From assembly GCA_965222605.1 (NCBI GenBank), contig OZ244960.1, forward strand, positions 5,376,001-5,440,000: DNA of 64,000 nucleotides. Reading direction: 5' to 3'. Made by a program: the position numbers and the translations under genes. The notes under the pieces are model-generated. The model saw nothing but the letters and a program-made list of their open reading frames with translations. It made no database searches and was not told where the DNA came from. This DNA comes from Candidatus Latescibacterota bacterium (GTDB lineage Bacteria > Latescibacterota > UBA2968). Positions 18,830 to 28,702 of this stretch are shown here, in pieces; the first letter of the stretch is position 1; each line of letters begins with the position of its first letter.

Positions 18830-20104
18830 CTATTCCTCTACACCAGGTACAACTGCGCCATGTGACAAAAGCAATTCGCGCAAATCGGAAATTGGGACTT
18901 CGCGAGGTGTTGTTTCCAGACGTACAGATAATGCAGCGGCAGCACCCACAGCCTGTCCCATGGCCATAGATGAAGCCTGTACTCGCAAAGCGGAATTCGC
19001 CAACCGGTCACTGCTCACACTGCGACCGGCGACCAGCAAATTGCGACTCTCTTTGGGGATAAGCGCGCGAAGAGGGACGGTGGGAACGATCCCTTTGGAT
19101 AGAGGTCTGGGTTTGATGCCATCGCGGTCGTGGAGATCGATGGGGTAAAAAGAATAGGATACGGCATCGTCAAAAAATCGTCCGCTCGTGTAATCCTCAT
19201 GGGTTATTTGCATATCACCAACAATGCGATAGGTCTCACGTACGGCTGTTTCAGCCTGGGCTTTCAAAACACAGGCGTTTTCGCACCCTGGTAGAGAACG
19301 CACAAAACGCAAAATTCGCAATAGCGACTGCCGCCCTGCTATGTTGGTTTTTGTATGCCTGTCAGAGGTTGATGCATCAGCACCCAATACATGCTGGGCA
19401 TTTTCTCCGCCTCTTTGAAGATAACTGATAAATCGCACCTGTGGATTCCTTACATCGCCATGCTGTAAACGGCCATCTTTAATGGCAGCAGAAAAATGTG
19501 TCTGAATGACATCCTCATCCAGTGCTTCAACATCATAACCACCGAGTTTAAAAATCAATGTGCCGGGTTGGGTTTCTTCTTCGCGCAAACGGGGGAAACC
19601 GATCTGTCCGACAATATTTGCACCGCCAGTACAATCAATTAACTGCTTGGCCCGTATAGTGCGGCGCATGTTTTTGCCTGTGGTTTCTACTGTCCAGCCC
19701 GTGTCCGTTTCTGAAACCCGAGTTGGTATTTCGTAGAAATGTAATTTCACACCTGCTTGCGTACAGGCTTCTTCGGCGAGTGCGGCATAGACTGGGCCAT
19801 TGATGCGAATCTGGTGCATCCAATGGCGCTCGGGGGGTACTGAAAAATCTGGCAGTTTTCTACTGTCAAGTGCCACTGCTTTTGTAACAAGTTCCCATCC
19901 GATACCCGCAATAATCTGCTTTCCCCAGGCGTGAAAAAGGCCAGGAAACGAAACCCCACCCGTTGTGGTTACTCCACCGAGTTGGCTGCCGGATTCAATC
20001 AGGGCTGTGCGAAGTCCCGTGCGCCCAGCTTGTATCGCAGCAATGGTGCCCGCTGTACCACCGCCAATGACCAGAATATCTACATTGTCTTTCATGTGCT
20101 CCAT
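18830..20104 (-). CDS. FAD-dependent oxidoreductase (FAD_oxidored family)
   Basis: VIGGGTAG, IDCTG, VRETYRIVG, VPLRALIP, MAMGQAVG. Confidence 0.9.
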   Translation of the reverse strand: MEHMKDNVDILVIGGGTAGTIAAIQAGRTGLRTALIESGSQLGGVTTTGGVSFPGLFHAWGKQIIAGIGWELVTKAVALDSRKLPDFSVPPERHWMHQIRINGPVYAALAEEACTQAGVKLHFYEIPTRVSETDTGWTVETTGKNMRRTIRAKQLIDCTGGANIVGQIGFPRLREEETQPGTLIFKLGGYDVEALDEDVIQTHFSAAIKDGRLQHGDVRNPQVRFISYLQRGGENAQHVLGADASTSDRHTKTNIAGRQSLLRILRFVRSLPGCENACVLKAQAETAVRETYRIVGDMQITHEDYTSGRFFDDAVSYSFYPIDLHDRDGIKPRPLSKGIVPTVPLRALIPKESRNLLVAGRSVSSDRLANSALRVQASSMAMGQAVGAAAALSVRLETTPREVPISDLRELLLSHGAVVPGVEE

Positions 20105-20302
20105 ATTGACATTTCCTTTGCACTCAGGATATCTTCTTCTTTCCCCATACCATAAAATGATTTAGTTCTTTGTCTTTGAGAGTTAGGCTGAGTCTTGCCT
20201 TTTGAATTGGACAGGGCGAGTGGGGAGTGCGCCATTAGATGGTGACACCTGCTGGGGATAGTCAGAGTGGCAAGCTGGTGAGGTCATTCCCAAGATTAGA
20301 AA

Positions 20303-20578
20303 TCACTTCAGGTTTAACTCTAATTCTTTACCCAAAGCCTTGGCTGCTTTTCTCAGAGTAGAGAGCTTAATATCTCCAGCACGGTTTTCCAGACGAGAAA
20401 TCGCTGTTTTCTTGGTATGCATTAACTTGGCGAGTTGCTCCTGTGTTAAGCCAGCCTCCTCCCGGGCCTGACGCAGTAAAACGCCAAATTCGAATTCCTT
20501 ATATCCTTCCTCAAATCCTTCTGCAAATTCAGGATCGGTCTTTTTTCTTTTAGCAATATACTTTTCTACATCACTCAT
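20303..20578 (-). CDS. XRE-family HTH antitoxin (HigA-like)
   Basis: AREEAGLTQEQLA...ISRLEN. Confidence 0.9.
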   Translation of the reverse strand: MSDVEKYIAKRKKTDPEFAEGFEEGYKEFEFGVLLRQAREEAGLTQEQLAKLMHTKKTAISRLENRAGDIKLSTLRKAAKALGKELELNLK

Positions 20579-20937
20579 GGTGTGTACTCCTTATGACGAT
20601 TTAGATAATCCCGTTTATATGTTTCGGCTCTTCTGATCTCTCGAAGATCAATTTTTCGGGTCTTCTTTGAATATCCATGGGTGAGAATAAGTCTATTTCC
20701 CTGGATGAAAAAGCCGAAAAAGCGATAAGTTCCCTTATGTGTTGGAATCCTACATTCCCAAATATTCGCTGTTCCGATCAGTTTCTTAAAGTAATTCGAC
20801 GGAACTCGGTTGATTCTTTCTATGAGTCTGAAAACCCATAAGACCTTCTGTGATTCTTTGGGTGCCAATTTACCAAGAAAGTCTTCAACTGGACATTTTT
20901 GATCCTTTGTGCGATAGAATTCAATATTTCTAAACAT
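20575..20937 (-). CDS. RelE/HigB (Gp49-like) toxin
   Basis: CPVEDFL, IWECR, YRFFGF, LTHGYSKKT; ATGA overlap with the antitoxin. Confidence 0.9.
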   Translation of the reverse strand: MFRNIEFYRTKDQKCPVEDFLGKLAPKESQKVLWVFRLIERINRVPSNYFKKLIGTANIWECRIPTHKGTYRFFGFFIQGNRLILTHGYSKKTRKIDLREIRRAETYKRDYLNRHKEYTP

Positions 20938-20988
20938 AGATAAAGATAACCTGCACGTTAACTTCTGGCAATAGAAGACTGAATTTGA

Positions 20989-21132
20989 ATTGACCAAACA
21001 GGAAAATATCTTGTAGAGCCGAAATTTGATAAAGTCTGGAGGTTTTTTAATAGCTTAAGTGCAGTGATGACAGGAGAAATCTATGGCTATATCGATACAA
21101 AAGGAAACCGCATTTGGTGGCCTGACGAGTAG
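20989..21132 (+). pseudogene. C-terminal remnant of a WG-repeat protein
   Basis: IDQTGKYLVEPKFD...YGYIDTKGNRIW with no start codon. Confidence 0.75.
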
Positions 21133-21150
21133 AACTCGTGCAGGGGTGTG

Positions 21151-22221
21151 TTAGCGACTGCTCTCTCCAACTTTGAGGCATGGTAGCATGTCTTCTGCCT
21201 TGCCTTCCAAGAATAGATCCTCTTGATGCAGAAATTCGGGTCTATTCGGCGAGATTGCTGTAATCAGAATCCTCTGGTCACGGCAATAACTGATCAAGCC
21301 ATGCTCATCTCTGCCTAAGCCAATGGCGAGGAGGTTTCTTCCTTTTTTTAACCAATCCCATCCCTTTCCGTCAGGCTCAAAATGTGTATGGCTTTTCAGG
21401 TGTACCCGCCTGGATCCGGCCCGTTCATGGAGTTTGTCATCATTCCCGGTGATGATAAGGCGGATTGTGCCGATCTCTTCGAGATGTGCCAGTGCCTTGT
21501 GGGCAGCATTCGGCTCTGCCTGAATGAACGCCGCCTGGAACTGCGCGAGTACCTGAGCCAGCCTGCGCGGTTTCTCAATCATCAGATTCGCAACTGTACC
21601 TGGAAATGGTTCATGCAGCGGGAAATGCCGTTCCAATCCTTTCTCTCCCCGAAAGCTCGGAATACCACTTCCCGTTGAGATCCCTGCACCAGTGATCGCG
21701 ATTGCAGGATTTTGAGAAAGGAGGTTGGATAATTCAGTCAGTGAGACCTTCTTCGCTTCACCAGGATTTGCCTTCTGACTCACAGGATAGTAATAGCCCC
21801 GCTCCCAAAGGGGATTATCAGAGGCTTTGGATTTTGGTCGAAACCGTTCAAAGTGAAGATCCCGGAGGTCATTTGCGTTTCCGTAGGTCAGCACAAGATG
21901 ACTATTTGTGGTCCCACGATGGGTCGCCTCGGATGTGAAATCGACCCAAAATTGTTCCCCTTCTTCATGTTTGAATTGAGACCGACGAAGTGCCTTTTTG
22001 AGTGCCGCAATCTCAGTGGGCTGTTCGTTCTCTGAATGCTTTCCGGAGCAGGCGACACATAGATCGAGAAGGTCAATCGATCCAGTTTCATCTACTCTTA
22101 GTCTCCCATAGAATCCAAATGTCCTTTCTGGGCCCGCAAAAGTCCAACCGAAGTCTGTGAAACTTCCCCAGATGGAACGGTAGCTCTGTAGTTGGGAGTG
22201 GGTGAGATCGGTTACGTGCAT
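21151..22221 (-). CDS. Atypical Sir2-family protein with N-terminal extension
   Basis: TGAGISTGSGIPSFRG, AEPNAAH, ITGNDDKLHERAG. Confidence 0.8.
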   Translation of the reverse strand: MHVTDLTHSQLQSYRSIWGSFTDFGWTFAGPERTFGFYGRLRVDETGSIDLLDLCVACSGKHSENEQPTEIAALKKALRRSQFKHEEGEQFWVDFTSEATHRGTTNSHLVLTYGNANDLRDLHFERFRPKSKASDNPLWERGYYYPVSQKANPGEAKKVSLTELSNLLSQNPAIAITGAGISTGSGIPSFRGEKGLERHFPLHEPFPGTVANLMIEKPRRLAQVLAQFQAAFIQAEPNAAHKALAHLEEIGTIRLIITGNDDKLHERAGSRRVHLKSHTHFEPDGKGWDWLKKGRNLLAIGLGRDEHGLISYCRDQRILITAISPNRPEFLHQEDLFLEGKAEDMLPCLKVGESSR

Positions 22222-22303
22222 CGTATCTTGCATCCATATTATTGAGGATAGAGTCTGAAGCTTCCTCAATGGAAGTAGCCAGTGAATACTATCCCCTGTA
22301 TTT

Positions 22304-22816
22304 TTAACTATTCTTTCCTGCTAAATATAGTATTCGATGGACAAAGTCGGTTTTGCCTTCTGTATAACCCTTGCCAGATGGGTCTTTCCGTAATAACTCT
22401 TCTTTGAGTTTTGCATACTCATCTCTTGCTTCTTGATTAGATCGCAAAAAGTCGCAGAAAAGGATCTGACGATCCCAAAATCCTCCACGGTCAGTATAGG
22501 CAATAGATAGATGAAACTTGACAGGAATGCCCTTGGCAAAGAAGTGCCGTTCAGTACTAGACCGAGTGGGATAGAAATCGTACCCTATTTGAGCAAGGGC
22601 TTTTATGAATCCATCGGCATTTTTGTGATTTTCAATCTTAACGGCAATATCAATTATCGGTTTTGATGGCAGATTTTCAATGGATGTACTACCGATATGT
22701 TCAATCTCTATAGCTGCCGTACTGAATATCTCCCAGAGCTTACGTTTTTCGATATTAAATTCCCGCTTCCAGGTTGGCTGATATTGAGACAATTGGATTG
22801 GAGTCGAACTATTCAT
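22304..22816 (-). CDS. GrpB family protein
   Basis: IEHIGSTSI..KPIIDI, FCDFLR, Y..LK, YTEGK. Confidence 0.92.
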   Translation of the reverse strand: MNSSTPIQLSQYQPTWKREFNIEKRKLWEIFSTAAIEIEHIGSTSIENLPSKPIIDIAVKIENHKNADGFIKALAQIGYDFYPTRSSTERHFFAKGIPVKFHLSIAYTDRGGFWDRQILFCDFLRSNQEARDEYAKLKEELLRKDPSGKGYTEGKTDFVHRILYLAGKNS

Positions 22817-22884
22817 TGTTTGGTCCTGGTTGTGGTGTCCTGCCTCCACTCTCCATTTGTTTCCATAAGCATCAAAAGGATTGT

Positions 22885-23664
22885 TCAACTCTTGACCAGA
22901 ATCACGTAGGTCCTGCGGGAGACCTCTCGAAAGCCAAGTTTCGCTGCAACTCGCAATGAGGCAAAGTTGTCCTCTCCCGTGCTCCAAACGGGAACTCGTC
23001 CTTGTTCCTGAAGCCGATTCGATACTATCGAGGCGGCGGCGCTGCACAGGCCTCTTTTGCGCCAGGGTTCAAGGGTGCCAACACCAATCTCGCCGTGAAG
23101 ATCCGTGACGCCGCTTGTGTGGGCTATGGACACCAATTGACCCGCATCAATAGCTCCTGCCACAATTCCCTCTGAGAGCATCGTTTCCATATCCTCATAG
23201 CTACCACCCTGTATTTCGGCGGGTGCAGAGGCAATCAAGGACCGGTCCTGCGTGGTCAATGCACGGACATGGTCATTGGTGAATAGTTGGACTGGTCTCG
23301 TCAACGAATGATAAACATCGTCATAGTAGCGTACTTTTACTCCGTTAGAATTCTCTATCAGATCACCAAGCGGTTTGGCGCATTGTCGATTCACACCTAT
23401 ACAATCCCAACCCTCCACTAACTGAAGCAATTCCCACAGTGCTCGCGCCTCGGTCCCAAATCCCCTGGGTTCTTCTGAATCGAAGTGGCCCTGGACGATA
23501 GCTGCGCTGAAGGAGGTGGGGCTTCCCGCTACAAAGGCCTTGCACAGTTTCTTTTTTAGAAGGTGTACTGCCACCACGGTCTCAGGGGTATCACCCAGAG
23601 TATTCGCGAGTTCGGCAAAATCTGCTGGATCCAGTTGCGCTATGTTGTATGCCATTGAAATCAC
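22885..23664 (-). CDS. GNAT family N-acetyltransferase
   Basis: EIGVGT..WRKRGL, NFASLRVAAKLGF. Confidence 0.88.
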   Translation of the reverse strand: MISMAYNIAQLDPADFAELANTLGDTPETVVAVHLLKKKLCKAFVAGSPTSFSAAIVQGHFDSEEPRGFGTEARALWELLQLVEGWDCIGVNRQCAKPLGDLIENSNGVKVRYYDDVYHSLTRPVQLFTNDHVRALTTQDRSLIASAPAEIQGGSYEDMETMLSEGIVAGAIDAGQLVSIAHTSGVTDLHGEIGVGTLEPWRKRGLCSAAASIVSNRLQEQGRVPVWSTGEDNFASLRVAAKLGFREVSRRTYVILVKS

Positions 23665-24381
23665 TCAGGTCAGTTTTTCGACCAGATCATCGAAGTCAGA
23701 CGCGCTTACATCGAAAGTCTCAAGAGGCAGGGTAGGCTCATCAGTCGGATACACCCTCCACCAATCGTCTTCCCGATGTACGTATGCGGTTTTCAGACCT
23801 GCGTCTTTGGCGCCCTTGAGATCGTTCGCATGCGCCGCCACCATCATCACTTCATCAGGTGCGCAACCGAGGAGTTCAGCGGCCTGTTGATAAGCTCGCG
23901 TGTCTGTTTTATATCGCTCCAGGAATTCACACGATACTATACCATCCCAGCTAAGGCTATTATATTTAGAGCAATCTACTGCAATTGCGAAACTCAATAC
24001 GGTTAATATGATGACTGAATAATGATCTCGCAATTTGTGTATTGCGCTAACGGCATCTGGCCAGGTCTTCATCCTGTGCCACACCAGATTCAGGTCGTTC
24101 CTTTCCTTTGCGGAAAGATGAATGGCGTTGTGTTTCTCGAGAATATCGTCAAGTACGAGCCGATGAATCGCATCGGCGTTCATCCTTGGCAACTCACCTG
24201 TTTTCACTCGCGCCAGCATTCCAAACATACCACTGCGCCAGTTGGTGGCGAACTGGCGTACGTCAAACTTCACACCTTTTTTAGCCGATAATGCGCGGAG
24301 TTCAGCCTCAATCGTCCCTCTCCAATCAAAAACAGTACCTCCGACATCGAATGTAAGCACTTTTACACCTGGATATTTCAT
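23665..24381 (-). CDS. Haloacid dehalogenase type II
   Basis: FDVGGTVFDW, MMVAAHANDL; start reassigned to MKYPG with an AAGGAG RBS. Confidence 0.9.
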   Translation of the reverse strand: MKYPGVKVLTFDVGGTVFDWRGTIEAELRALSAKKGVKFDVRQFATNWRSGMFGMLARVKTGELPRMNADAIHRLVLDDILEKHNAIHLSAKERNDLNLVWHRMKTWPDAVSAIHKLRDHYSVIILTVLSFAIAVDCSKYNSLSWDGIVSCEFLERYKTDTRAYQQAAELLGCAPDEVMMVAAHANDLKGAKDAGLKTAYVHREDDWWRVYPTDEPTLPLETFDVSASDFDDLVEKLT

Positions 24382-24418
24382 TGTTGACTCCTTGTATTTT
24401 CTACTCGAAGGGCGTCTG

Positions 24419-25543
24419 TTATTTGCCCTTCTCTGTCTCGCCGACCGCAGGCAACACATGATCAATCGCGATCCGGAACGCCTGATTGGCCACAGATGAA
24501 CCGTAGTTGCCCCCCGTGAAGACGATGACCAGAGACAACTCTGGAATAGCGAAGATGTACTGACCGCCGTTTCCTTCGGCCGCAAGAACGTCAACCGATC
24601 GCCCGCGGTATGGGAAATGATCGAGCCACCAGCCGAAACCATATCGGTCGTTGCCGTAATGCCCCTTTGCCGACTCGCTGATCCAGGCTGCCGATACAAT
24701 CTGTCTGCCCTGAAAACGCCCGTTATCTACATAGAGTTGGCCGATCTTGGCCATGTCGCGCGGCCTGATTCGCAGGCCAGCATGCGTTTGGGGCAAGCCA
24801 CTCTTGGTGTACCACCATTCTGAGTGATCTATTCCGAGCGGAGCAAAGAGATGGTTATCTGCAAATTTGTCCGCGTGCATACCTGATGCCCGCTTAATTA
24901 CGCCAGCGAGTAAGATGAAACAACCGCTGTTGTAGTTGAATCGTGAACCTGGCTCGTCCGACAGCTCTCTGGAAAGCACATACTCTATAAAGTCGCTGGT
25001 ATTCTCCATCTGCGCTTCGGAATTGAGGGAACCTGGCTCGGAGTTATGTGTACCAGATTGATCCCAGTTGAATCCGGCGGTCATCGTCAGTAGATGCTTC
25101 AGGGTAATTCGCCCTTTCTCCTCCGTCAGGTGGCGGGCATACTCCGGAAAAAAACGAGCCATCGGCACATCCACAGAGTCGATATACCCACGATCGATGG
25201 CGATGCCGATTAGTGTAGATGTGATGCTCTTAGAAACGGACCGTGTATCATGCAGGGTTTGCTCGCCGAACTCGACCACGCCCCTTGCACCATCTGTGCC
25301 GGTGTAATACGCTTCGAACACCAGTTTGCCATTTCTGACGATCAGAAAGCCATGGATGTTCTTGTACGCCTGGCTGCGTATCTGATGCACAATCTGGACT
25401 ATCGGTTCTGAATTGATTCCCTCCGATTCAAGTGTTGATAAGGGCCAGTCATAGGATAGGGTAGATTCTGTGGTTTCTTCCGCCATTGCGACGCTGGGAA
25501 GGCAAAAGAACCATAGGAACAGGGCTATAGTTGGCTTCAACAT
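24419..25543 (-). CDS. Beta-lactamase-family serine hydrolase (AmpC/NylB-like)
   Basis: Signal peptide, SVSK, HLLTMTAG, FNYNS, GNGGQ. Confidence 0.9.
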   Translation of the reverse strand: MLKPTIALFLWFFCLPSVAMAEETTESTLSYDWPLSTLESEGINSEPIVQIVHQIRSQAYKNIHGFLIVRNGKLVFEAYYTGTDGARGVVEFGEQTLHDTRSVSKSITSTLIGIAIDRGYIDSVDVPMARFFPEYARHLTEEKGRITLKHLLTMTAGFNWDQSGTHNSEPGSLNSEAQMENTSDFIEYVLSRELSDEPGSRFNYNSGCFILLAGVIKRASGMHADKFADNHLFAPLGIDHSEWWYTKSGLPQTHAGLRIRPRDMAKIGQLYVDNGRFQGRQIVSAAWISESAKGHYGNDRYGFGWWLDHFPYRGRSVDVLAAEGNGGQYIFAIPELSLVIVFTGGNYGSSVANQAFRIAIDHVLPAVGETEKGK

Positions 25544-25555
25544 GTGGAATCTCTA

Positions 25556-26194
25556 CTATGTATTTTCGACTCGAAAACCACTAACGAATTCGCGAATCAC
25601 CCAAAGATGTTGATCTGGTTTATAAAGCGTTTGAATGTATCCTGTATCCCCAAAGGAAAATTCAATCCCCTGGCCACTAACCGCTGGTTGTGCACCAACT
25701 ATGCAGCGCAACGTGGCATTTAAAATACCTCCGTGTGCGACCACCAGATAGCGCCCTCCTCCCAGTCTGATCACTTTCTCCAGCGCCTGTGCGGCTCGAC
25801 TGTGAAATGCCCAGGCACTCTCCCCAGCATCTGCACTTACAACATGAGGTTGAAAGGGATTGTGAAAATCAGGCAATGGATACCTGGCTCTGGCGACCTG
25901 ATGTGGCAAACCTGCAATTGGACCATTATCCTTTTCCATCCAGTCTTCATCAAACTCGACACCTATATCCAGGATGTTACCCACAATTTGGGCTGTCTCG
26001 CAGGCACGCTTTAATGGGCTTGCTATAAGCCTGTCAAATTTGATCTCTCTCGCCTTCAGTTCCTTTGCTCGGACTTCAGCTTGTTCACGACCCACGTCTG
26101 TAAGAGGTGCATCATATCGGCCCTCAATGACATTCTCATCATCTGCTCGAGAGCGTCCGTGGCGCATGAACATAATCTTGATATCATCATTCAT
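25556..26194 (-). CDS. Histidine phosphatase family protein
   Basis: RHG, SPLKRACET, VVAHGG. Confidence 0.92.
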   Translation of the reverse strand: MNDDIKIMFMRHGRSRADDENVIEGRYDAPLTDVGREQAEVRAKELKAREIKFDRLIASPLKRACETAQIVGNILDIGVEFDEDWMEKDNGPIAGLPHQVARARYPLPDFHNPFQPHVVSADAGESAWAFHSRAAQALEKVIRLGGGRYLVVAHGGILNATLRCIVGAQPAVSGQGIEFSFGDTGYIQTLYKPDQHLWVIREFVSGFRVENT

Positions 26195-26221
26195 AAAATA
26201 ACTCCATCATCAATCAGAAGA

Positions 26222-26328
26222 GGGGGAAACTCCACCTGGTCGGCATAAAGATTCACCCACGAGCTCTCGTAGATTATCTCCCGAGATAACCGACGCGGCT
26301 TTCGCGGTTCATGGCTATCTGTAGTCAT
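26222..26328 (-). pseudogene. N-terminal remnant of a NUDIX hydrolase
   Basis: RLSREIIYESSWVNLYADQVEFP, then breaks off before the NUDIX box. Confidence 0.7.
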
Positions 26329-26377
26329 TTCTTCCTCACTTTTGGGCAACTTCCTTCTGGGATAGGCCCTTGTTTCC

Positions 26378-26491
26378 CCGAGTCTCAAAAATCTTCAAAG
26401 AAAGTTCTGCAATTTGTCTCTCTTCTTCATAAAGTCTTCTAAATTGATCATTCTTGAGTTTTTTATTCAGGTGTTTTCTAAAGGTCCTCAT
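26378..26491 (-). pseudogene. Frameshifted N-terminal remnant of an HTH antitoxin
   Basis: MRTFRKHLNK/(shift)LKNDQFRRLYEEERQIAELSLKIFETR; HTH missing. Confidence 0.6.
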
Positions 26492-26597
26492 CCATTGGCT
26501 CCTTCAACTTGTTCTCATCAAATTGTAAAGCCCACTACCATTTTGGGGCAGTGGGCGATTAGCGGCCTGCAGAACTTCTATAGTGCCTCTTTTTTAA

Positions 26598-26783
26598 CTA
26601 TACCGATGTCTTCTGAATTGAGCTTTCAAAAAAGCGAAGGCGTTCTTCCATTGATAAATCTTTGGTCTGCAAATAATGCATTTGCCGAATGAAGTGTATT
26701 TCCTGCATCATTTCATCATTTGGAAATTCCTTCCGAACATCCTCCCAAATCTTCTCCTGATCTGTCTGCGTCACTTCCTTCAT
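26598..26783 (-). CDS. Small protein, putative antitoxin of the PIN module
   Basis: GGAGG RBS; directly follows the PIN remnant. Confidence 0.55.
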   Translation of the reverse strand: MKEVTQTDQEKIWEDVRKEFPNDEMMQEIHFIRQMHYLQTKDLSMEERLRFFESSIQKTSV

Positions 26784-26793
26784 GGATGACCTC

Positions 26794-27018
26794 CTATAAC
26801 TCCGGCGGAGCAATAATCTCTATCGGTCCATAGCCCTTCAACGCATTGATCAAATTAACCTCTCGCCGCGTGTTCACTTTTACCAGATGTGTGAAGTTCC
26901 AACTGCAAAAATACCCAATTCCATTGGTCACCGCAATAGCAACATGGTTGGCATCATCTATATACTTTTCCGGAAAAACTTCTCTTCTGACATATTCTTG
27001 AGCCAGAGCGTCATAATT
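26794..27018 (-). pseudogene. C-terminal half of a PIN-domain toxin
   Basis: LAQEYV...DDANHVAIAVTNGIGYFCSWNFTHLVK...IIAPPEL*; N-terminal half absent. Confidence 0.85.
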
Positions 27019-27118
27019 TTCAGAATGGTAGATGGGTTTTTAGAGGTTTTTCCTTGACTCTTTACTTGCTATAGAGTTTATATTTTTTTTAAAGGCACCC
27101 TTAATATACTCTTAATAT

Positions 27119-27937
27119 ATGGAGAGAGCTATGGCTGGATTAACTTTGAATACACGCATACGTGCGAAACCTGACGATAGCACGGACACATTCGAAATCG
27201 CGACAAAAACAGTAGAATGGGACCCGGCGAGAGCCGCTGTTATCATCTGTGATATGTGGGATACCCATCACTGCATTTCGACTGCTGAACGGGTCGCTGA
27301 AATGGCACCTCGCATGAATGAAGTCATAGCAGGTATTCGAAAAGAAGGTGCTCTGATCATACACGCTCCCAGCAGTTGTATGGGATTCTATGACAAGACA
27401 CCTCAACGCAAACGCGCCGAGGAAGCACCCTTTGTAGAGGCCTCGGTTGAATTCAGATGGAACGGGTGGGAGCAACCCCGTGAGATTTGTCAACTTGAGG
27501 AATCACCATTACCAGTTGGAATCACCAATCCGAGACCGTGCTCGTGCCATACTCCTGAGCCTTGCTGTAAAGAGAGTTATGCGTCCTGGGTTCGCCAAAT
27601 CGAGACGATTGAGATTGCAGAGGAGGATGCGATCAGCGACGATGGTCAGGAAGTATATAATCTGCTTCAACGCATTGAGAACATACTCGTGATGGGTGTT
27701 GCTGCGAACATCTGCGTACTCGGCCGGCCATTTGGTATTCGTCAACTCGTCTATCTGGGTAAGAAGCCGTTACTGTGTCGCGATCTGACCGACTCCCATC
27801 ACTGTGATCACGGAGGTCATTTCCAGGGCACAGATCTCACGATCGAACATATCGAAAAATACTGGTGTCCAACTGTGACAAGTGATCAGTTGGTAGGAGG
27901 CAAAGCATTCCGGTTTCGAGATGACAAGCGCGAGTAG
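27119..27937 (+). CDS. Isochorismatase/cysteine-hydrolase-like protein
   Basis: AVIICDMW, IIHAPS, MGVAANICVLGRPFG; AT-rich upstream region with TTGACT. Confidence 0.8.
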   Translation: MERAMAGLTLNTRIRAKPDDSTDTFEIATKTVEWDPARAAVIICDMWDTHHCISTAERVAEMAPRMNEVIAGIRKEGALIIHAPSSCMGFYDKTPQRKRAEEAPFVEASVEFRWNGWEQPREICQLEESPLPVGITNPRPCSCHTPEPCCKESYASWVRQIETIEIAEEDAISDDGQEVYNLLQRIENILVMGVAANICVLGRPFGIRQLVYLGKKPLLCRDLTDSHHCDHGGHFQGTDLTIEHIEKYWCPTVTSDQLVGGKAFRFRDDKRE

Positions 27938-28003
27938 CATTGATGTTTTTTGCTTGTACATAATTCATGCGTGCCATGACCACGCTATTAGCCGAAGGCC
28001 CAT

Positions 28004-28666
28004 CTACAAGCCCTCTCTTTTGACGGCAAAGAAAAATGGGTGAACTTCCTCCGGCGCATCAACACTTTTGGATCCTCCTCCTACGACACCTTCCTGTTCA
28101 ATCTGAAACCCAGTCTCAGTGAGAAACTTCTTGTAGGTTGAGGGACCAAAGTTGCTCCAGTACATGGTCCCGCCGAAGAAGTCATCTTCAGTATATCCAG
28201 GCCCATCGTCGTACCTTGCAACCGTAAACAGAAGGAGGCCGCCGGGCCGAAGCCACTGTGCAAATCGACGAAAGAGGTCCTGATGCTCTTGTCTCGGGAT
28301 ATGGAAGATGGCGTAAAAGCTGACAATTGCATTGAAGCTACATGCGGGGAATTCGGCCTCCATTACGTCGGCGATGACGAATTTGGCTGTGGGGACGTTT
28401 TTCTTAGCTAAAGCTATCATGTTGGAGGAGCTGTCGATCCCTGTGAGGCTGAACGTCTCTGCAAGATGCCGTGCGACCGGGATACCAGCACCACACCCAA
28501 CGTCAAGGACCTTTGAGCCGGGTATCAGATGCTTATTTATCAAGTTGAGTTCCGCTTCTGGCGTGGTACTCCTTTGCCCAGCGTAATCCCTCGCACACCG
28601 GTTATAGGCGGACCTTACCAGTTCCCGATAATCGGTCTCCGGATCGTCAGCGATTTTGAATGGCAT
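28004..28666 (-). CDS. Class I SAM-dependent methyltransferase
   Basis: VLDVGCGAG, WLRPGG. Confidence 0.92.
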   Translation of the reverse strand: MPFKIADDPETDYRELVRSAYNRCARDYAGQRSTTPEAELNLINKHLIPGSKVLDVGCGAGIPVARHLAETFSLTGIDSSSNMIALAKKNVPTAKFVIADVMEAEFPACSFNAIVSFYAIFHIPRQEHQDLFRRFAQWLRPGGLLLFTVARYDDGPGYTEDDFFGGTMYWSNFGPSTYKKFLTETGFQIEQEGVVGGGSKSVDAPEEVHPFFFAVKREGL

Positions 28667-28702
28667 GGGTCTCCTTTTTGTAATCTGAGTTATGTATTTC
28701 CG

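Noticed and set aside
22304-24699. Long N-terminal extensions of the GrpB and HAD ORFs
   Set aside because: They overlap upstream genes, and better starts exist at 22816 and 24381.
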